This document shows, piece after piece, positions 1-3,514 of a stretch of DNA of 3,514 nt (position 1 is the stretch's first letter; every line of letters starts with the position of its first letter). Location of the stretch: IMG/VR virus record IMGVR_UViG_2778261692_000010, one strand, 5' to 3'. This stretch comes from a virus (Duplodnaviria; Heunggongvirae; Uroviricota; Caudoviricetes). Under the pieces are notes generated by a model. It was not told the origin of the DNA, searched no databases, and worked only from the letters and a program-made list of their open reading frames with translations. The position numbers were made by a program, and so were the translations under genes.

Positions 1-84
1 ATGGCGGGTTATTTGTCCTGGTTATTCCCCCGTTGTAAAATCTCTCCTAAACTTAACGGTACGGCACCACACTTCGGGGATGAA

Positions 85-276
85 ATGTTCGCGCTGGTAC
101 TTTTTGTTTGCTACCTGGATGGCGGTTGTGAAGATATTGTTGTGGATGTCTACAACACGGAACAGCAGTGTCTTTATTCTATGAGCGATCAACGGATCCG
201 CCATGGCGGTTGTTTTCCGATTGAGGATTTTATAGATGGTTTCTGGCGACCAGCACAGGAGTATGGTGATTTTTAA
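85..276 (+). CDS. yebW: Small uncharacterized protein, YebW-like (63 aa)
   Basis: ORF track gives 1..276, but the 63-aa product from the ATG at 85 (MFALVLFVCYLDGGCEDIVV...QEYGDF) matches my recollection of E. coli YebW. GGGGA at 76..80 sits 4 nt upstream of the ATG. TAA stop at 274..276. Synteny with pphA immediately downstream on the opposite strand. The start could instead be the ATG at 1; not resolvable from sequence alone. Confidence 0.6.
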   Translation: MFALVLFVCYLDGGCEDIVVDVYNTEQQCLYSMSDQRIRHGGCFPIEDFIDGFWRPAQEYGDF

Positions 277-933
277 TTATTGCAATTGCACAAGAGTCAG
301 TTCGCCCCCAAAGACAGCACCGGTATCAATATAATGCAGGTTGCCAATATCCACGCGATGTCGCAACGGTGTATGACCAAACCAGAAATGATCAGCACCT
401 GTAATTCCCTGCCCTTTTTGGCGTTCACCTAATCGCGAGCGGCTCCACAAGACCTGATGCAAATCAACGTCCTTTTGCCATTCATAAACATCATCTGGAT
501 AATCGGCATGAGCAATAACATGTTTGCCGGTACGACTGTGTACTTCAAGAATAAAGGGCAAATGCTGACATTTTTCCAGCGCCGTTTTCGCTTGTTTCTG
601 TTGATTATCTGCCAGCGCAATAAACCAGTCGCCGCCATTCATCAACCACAAAGACATCTGCTGGGATGCCAGCGCATCCATCGCCATCTGTTCATGATTG
701 CCTCTTACCGCACAAACCCAATGTTGTTCCAGTAACTGCAGACAACGTAAACTTTGCGGCCCACGATCGATAACGTCTCCTACTGAGATAAGTAAATCTC
801 GCCACGGATCAAAACGACAATGCCATAATTTGCGGCGCAACTGCTCAAGACAACCGTGTATATCGCCAGAAAGCCAGATATGTCGCCATTGATGACCCGC
901 AATTCTCTGATAAACGGGCGCAGGCTGTTTCAT
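277..933 (-). CDS. pphA: Serine/threonine protein phosphatase 1 (PPP-family metallophosphoesterase, lambda-phosphatase-like)
   Basis: 218-aa product starting MKQPAPVYQRIAGHQW... carries the metallophosphatase signature motifs GDIHG (aa 23-27), GDVIDRG (aa 52-58) and GNHE (aa 78-81). The ORF track begins one codon earlier at 934..936, which is TTG on the minus strand; the ATG at 931..933 is the likelier start, with GGAGG 9 nt upstream. Stop (TAA, as tta at 277..279) abuts the yebW stop. Matches my recollection of E. coli PphA/PrpA. Confidence 0.9.
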   Translation of the reverse strand: MKQPAPVYQRIAGHQWRHIWLSGDIHGCLEQLRRKLWHCRFDPWRDLLISVGDVIDRGPQSLRCLQLLEQHWVCAVRGNHEQMAMDALASQQMSLWLMNGGDWFIALADNQQKQAKTALEKCQHLPFILEVHSRTGKHVIAHADYPDDVYEWQKDVDLHQVLWSRSRLGERQKGQGITGADHFWFGHTPLRHRVDIGNLHYIDTGAVFGGELTLVQLQ

Positions 934-1067
934 CAATATTTTCCTCCCGCGCTAAAGATCACATAATCTTAACAAGAATGTTAAAAAACGCTGGACTCAG
1001 ACAGTAGAGTGTGTGTTATGGTTGACTATAAAGTCAGCGAAGGAAATGCTTCTGGCTTTTAACAGAT

Positions 1068-1100
1068 AAAAAGAGACCGAACACGATTCCTGTTTTCGTC
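1068..1100 (-). ncRNA. sdsR: Truncated 3'-terminal fragment of sRNA SdsR/RyeB (terminator hairpin region); likely prophage attachment core
   Basis: Plus strand AAAAAGAGACCGAACACGATTCCTGTTTTCGTC is the reverse complement of a U-tract plus hairpin. It matches my recalled E. coli SdsR 3' end (RC AAAAAGAGACCGAATACGATTCCTGTATTCGGTC) with 2 substitutions and a 1-nt gap or third substitution near its end. It lies about 135 bp beyond the pphA start, where sdsR is expected. Similarity ends at about 1100; the rest of the sRNA is not in the window. Comparison sequence is from memory, not a search. Confidence 0.5.
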
Positions 1101-1397
1101 AACAAACAACAAAATCTTTTAGAATTAATGTGTTAAATAAATTTATGCTCATCTTTTAATCTCTAACACGTACTATTACATATTAATACATTCAATTAGT
1201 TACCATTTTTTTCGAGTTTTTTAGAGAAATTTTCGGGAATATTTCAGGTCAATCCATGCATACACAAGCAATTCCTGTATTGAATAATTCCGTAGCAATT
1301 ATGTAAAATCATCTCCGGCTGATTTTCATTCAAACTCGCGCTATCGAACGTCCATCAGCCAGCCGTGGCACGTTCTTGCATACGACGTGCTACGGTT

Positions 1398-1952
1398 TCA
1401 TTTATCTCCGACTGGAAACTTCTTATACAAAGTCGATACGCCAACATCATAAATGATCGCCACCTTCTGGCGAGGAACTCCTGATGCAATTAGTCGCCCG
1501 GCCTGCGCCCATTGTTCTGGTGAAAGTTTGGGACGGCGACCGCCAATTCGTCCCTGTGCGCGAGCAGCTTCCAGTCCAGCTTTTGTTCGTTCAACAATCA
1601 GTTCACGCTCCATTTCAGCCAGGGCACCCATGACATGAAAAAAGAAACGGCCCATTGGGGTGCTGGTATCAATAGCATCCGTCAGGCTGCGAAAATTAAC
1701 GCCACGTTCGCGCAACTCCTCAACCAGAATGACCAGATGCCGCATACTACGCCCCAGCCGATCCAGCTTCCAGACAACCAGAGTGTCACCTGCCGATAAT
1801 GTCCTGAGCAGTTTTTTCAGTCCCGGCCTTTCGGACTTTGTACCGCTTATCTTGTCTTCAAAAATCAGCTCGCATCCTGCACAGTTCAACGCATTACGTT
1901 GTAGATCGGTATTCTGGTCATTTGTTGATACGCGTACATAGCCAATAAGCAT
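1398..1952 (-). CDS. pin: Site-specific DNA invertase, serine recombinase (Pin/Gin/Cin/Hin family)
   Basis: 184-aa product MLIGYVRVSTNDQNTDLQRNAL... has the catalytic serine in YVRVSTNDQ, a DRLGR motif and a C-terminal helix-turn-helix; near-identical in my recollection to e14 Pin and Mu Gin. Start chosen at the ATG at 1950..1952 (minus strand), which has AGGGAGA (1959..1965) 6 nt upstream. The ORF track's upstream extension to 1988 (MASFLLLSGRST) is probably not translated. Stop TGA at 1398..1400. Confidence 0.9.
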   Translation of the reverse strand: MLIGYVRVSTNDQNTDLQRNALNCAGCELIFEDKISGTKSERPGLKKLLRTLSAGDTLVVWKLDRLGRSMRHLVILVEELRERGVNFRSLTDAIDTSTPMGRFFFHVMGALAEMERELIVERTKAGLEAARAQGRIGGRRPKLSPEQWAQAGRLIASGVPRQKVAIIYDVGVSTLYKKFPVGDK

Positions 1953-1978
1953 GGTAGATCTCCCTGACAAAAGCAGGA

Positions 1979-2500
1979 ATGATGCCATTTGCTCGTTATT
2001 TCTGCATTTTCATAAACGTTGGTTTGGGAGAAGGCTCTGCATTACCTGTTGGTGTCCCTGTTCCGTGGCCTTCAGCCACACCGCCAACAGGCTGGCTGAA
2101 ATGCAACGGAGCAGCTTTTTCTGCTGAAGAATACCCGGAACTGGCAAAGGCTTACCCGACAAATAAATTGCCAGATTTACGTGGTGAGTTTATTCGTGGC
2201 TGGGATGACGGGCGTGGTATTGATGCTGGACGTGCTTTATTGAGCCTTCAGGCTGGGATGCTGGAAAAACACCGCCATATTGTTGTTGCCAATGATGGTT
2301 ACGACACAAAAGATGAATGGGAACTGGCTACGATTTTCAAAAAGACATACACACAAGGACGGGGACTTGATGCCACAAATACAGGAGGGAGTCTGATCCC
2401 ATCACCGACACTTCATTCACGAGGGAGTATCGGTAATACTGGCGGGAATGAAACCCGTCCACGAAATATTGCATTTAATTTTATCGTGAGGGCTGCATAA
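1979..2500 (+). CDS. Tail fibre protein, C-terminal variable (receptor-binding) cassette; promoterless fragment read away from the invertase
   Basis: Product contains ...ALPVGVPVPWPSATPPTGWLKCNGAAFSAEEYPELAKAYPTNKLPDLRGEFIRGWDDGRGIDAGR..., which I recognise as typical of Mu S / lambda Stf / e14 StfE C-terminal regions. There is no N-terminal shaft domain. An in-frame stop lies at 1955..1957, 24 nt upstream of the ATG, and the first ~18 codons span the crossover site, so the ATG at 1979 is unlikely to be a real start. Stop TAA at 2498..2500. Confidence 0.8.
   Translation: MMPFARYFCIFINVGLGEGSALPVGVPVPWPSATPPTGWLKCNGAAFSAEEYPELAKAYPTNKLPDLRGEFIRGWDDGRGIDAGRALLSLQAGMLEKHRHIVVANDGYDTKDEWELATIFKKTYTQGRGLDATNTGGSLIPSPTLHSRGSIGNTGGNETRPRNIAFNFIVRAA
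2007..2032. other. 26-bp crossover site for the Pin-family invertase (hix/gix/pix-like), one end of an invertible segment
   Basis: TTTTCATAAACG TT GGTTTGGGAGAA has imperfect dyad symmetry: two 12-bp half-sites (TTTTCATAAACG and, by reverse complement, TTCTCCCAAACC) around a central dinucleotide at 2019..2020. Its reverse complement matches about 20/26 positions of hixL as I recall it (TTCTTGAAAACCAAGGTTTTTGATAA). It lies 55 bp from the pin start codon and inside the start of the tail-fibre cassette ORF, as expected for these switches. Confidence 0.7.
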
Positions 2501-3102
2501 TGGATAACGCCGTATTAAATAGCGAGCTTATTGCCACGAAGGCGGGGAATATTACCGTCTATAACTATGATGGTAAAACTCGGGAATATATTTCCACTTC
2601 AAATGAATATCTTGCCATTGGTGTCGGTATCCCTGCATATTCCTGTTTAGATGCCCCTGGCACACATAAGGCGGGTTATGCTATCTGCCGTTCGATGGAT
2701 TTAAATTCATGGGAATATGTGCCAGACCATCGCGGTGAAATCGTCTATAACACCGAAACGGGAGATGCCAAAGAAATCACAGCACCGGGTGATTACCCCG
2801 AAAATACAACCACTATCGCCCCATTAACGCCATACGATAAATGGGATGGTGAGAAATGGGTGACCGATACTGAGGCACAGCATAGCGCCGCAGTAGACGC
2901 GGTAGAAGCACAGCGTCAGTCACTGATTGATACTGCAATGGCTTCCATTAGTCTGATTCAGCTGAAATTACAGGCCGGGCGGAAACTGACGCAGGCAGAA
3001 ACAACCCGGCTTAACGCTGTGCTGGATTACATTGACGCGGTGACGGCAACAGATACCAGCACCGCGCCGGATGTCATCTGGCCTGAACTGCCGGAGGCGT
3101 AG
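2500..3102 (+). CDS. tfa: Tail fibre assembly protein (Tfa/U family chaperone)
   Basis: 200-aa product with Tfa-like N-terminus (NITVYNYDG...) and the characteristic C-terminal motif DTSTAPDVIWPELPEA. Start ATG overlaps the upstream stop (TAATG at 2498..2502), indicating translational coupling; GAGGG at 2488..2492 lies 7 nt upstream. Stop TAG at 3100..3102. Confidence 0.85.
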   Translation: MDNAVLNSELIATKAGNITVYNYDGKTREYISTSNEYLAIGVGIPAYSCLDAPGTHKAGYAICRSMDLNSWEYVPDHRGEIVYNTETGDAKEITAPGDYPENTTTIAPLTPYDKWDGEKWVTDTEAQHSAAVDAVEAQRQSLIDTAMASISLIQLKLQAGRKLTQAETTRLNAVLDYIDAVTATDTSTAPDVIWPELPEA

Positions 3103-3514
3103 GCCATTCAATATCTGGCGCACTGGAAGTATCGACCAGCTCCAGTGCGTCCAGATAATCCAGCCACAGATTATATTGCGCCAGTTCCTCACCTTTCAGA
3201 CGACCAATAGCCGCTTTACCAGGCCATTGTTTACTGTTCATATAATCGTTGGCCTGATTAATCAGTTGCTGCTTTTCCAGTTCGGCTGCAGCAATCTGTT
3301 CCTCAGGTGTTGGTGGTGGAATTTCAGACCATGCAGGAAAACCATTTTCTCCAGCGATACGGATTTTTCCTTCCGGCGGTAATCCGGAAAACTCAATATA
3401 CACCTGCTCATCAACTTCAACAGCATCATCTGGCCATGAGTCAGCTTGAGTGTAATCCTCTTTCATTTCCAGTGGATAGAAAGAGTTTGTAGTCGCGGAA
3501 TATATGTAATTCAT
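3074..3514 (-). CDS. tfa: Tail fibre assembly protein (Tfa/U family), second copy, convergent; 5' end at the window edge
   Basis: 146-aa product ends in the Tfa motif DTSSAPDIEWPTPPAVQAR. The N-terminus MNYIYSATTNSFYP resembles the conserved IY..TN.F start of Tfa proteins, so the ATG at 3512..3514 may be the true start, but the frame could continue past the window. Stop TGA at 3074..3076. Overlaps the other tfa by 29 bp. Confidence 0.8.
   Translation of the reverse strand: MNYIYSATTNSFYPLEMKEDYTQADSWPDDAVEVDEQVYIEFSGLPPEGKIRIAGENGFPAWSEIPPPTPEEQIAAAELEKQQLINQANDYMNSKQWPGKAAIGRLKGEELAQYNLWLDYLDALELVDTSSAPDIEWPTPPAVQAR

Larger units (their letters stand above)
1068..3514. mobile_element. Terminal region of a prophage (invertase plus tail-fibre module adjacent to the att junction); continues beyond the window
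   Basis: Contiguous phage-type genes (pin, tail-fibre C-terminal cassette, two tfa genes) directly follow the truncated sdsR-like core and an AT-rich non-coding arm at 1101..1397. The arrangement resembles the tail-fibre/att end of lambdoid and e14-like prophages. Confidence 0.7.

Noticed and set aside
1-84. Upstream in-frame extension of yebW from the ATG at position 1
   Set aside because: The 63-aa form from the ATG at 85 matches the recalled YebW length and has a ribosome-binding site; the extension is probably intergenic sequence upstream of yebW, though I cannot exclude a longer protein.
22-204. 60-aa ORF on the minus strand
   Set aside because: Lies antisense within the yebW region with no recognisable features; most likely a shadow ORF.
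429-892. Three ORFs (429..638 -, 457..735 +, 698..892 +) within pphA
   Set aside because: All lie inside the well-supported pphA gene in other frames or on the other strand; low-complexity, basic translations typical of out-of-frame artefacts.
937-1067. Heat-shock (sigma-32) promoter for pphA
   Set aside because: pphA is reported to be heat-shock regulated, but I could not find a convincing CTTGAAA / CCCCATNT pair upstream of the start, so I make no promoter call.
1271-1281. Second short match to the sdsR hairpin (ATTCCTGTATT)
   Set aside because: Only 11 nt, with no extension on either side; could be chance in AT-rich DNA or a faint secondary att remnant. Too weak to call without a proper alignment.
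1453-1941. Two plus-strand ORFs (1453..1638, 1660..1941) antisense to pin
   Set aside because: Embedded in the pin coding sequence on the opposite strand; Arg/Ser/Pro-rich translations typical of antisense frames of a GC-balanced gene.
1953-1988. 12-codon N-terminal extension of pin in the ORF track (MASFLLLSGRST)
   Set aside because: Pin-family proteins begin at MLIGY...; the downstream ATG at 1952 has a good Shine-Dalgarno sequence, and the extension would overlap the divergent cassette start.
2968-3492. ORFs 2968..3192 (-), 3071..3382 (+) and 3307..3492 (+)
   Set aside because: All overlap the two tfa genes in alternative frames or strands and have no independent support.
1-3514. CRISPR arrays, tRNA or rRNA genes, insertion-sequence terminal repeats
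   Set aside because: No regularly spaced direct repeats, no tRNA-like cloverleaf candidates and no transposase-like ORFs seen in the window.

Overview
The window crosses a boundary between conserved enterobacterial chromosome and the end of a prophage. Left part (1..~1067): yebW-like small ORF (+) and pphA/prpA serine/threonine phosphatase (-), convergent with abutting stop codons. At 1068..1100 there is a roughly 33-nt stretch that matches, from memory, the reverse complement of the 3' end of the sRNA SdsR/RyeB; similarity then stops and AT-rich DNA (1101..1397) leads into a prophage module. That module is a Pin/Gin/Hin-family serine invertase (-, 1398..1952), a 26-bp hix/gix-like crossover site (2007..2032) inside the start of a promoterless tail-fibre C-terminal cassette (+, 1979..2500), a translationally coupled tail-fibre assembly gene (+, 2500..3102), and a convergent second tail-fibre assembly gene (-, 3074..3514, at the window edge). 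This is best read as one end of an invertible tail-fibre host-range switch (Mu G / P1 C / e14 P type) at the attR-like end of a prophage inserted in the ryeA/sdsR locus. Both the switch architecture and this insertion hot spot are described biology, so I see no convincingly novel system here. All identifications rest on reading the translations and on recalled family sequences; no database search was run.
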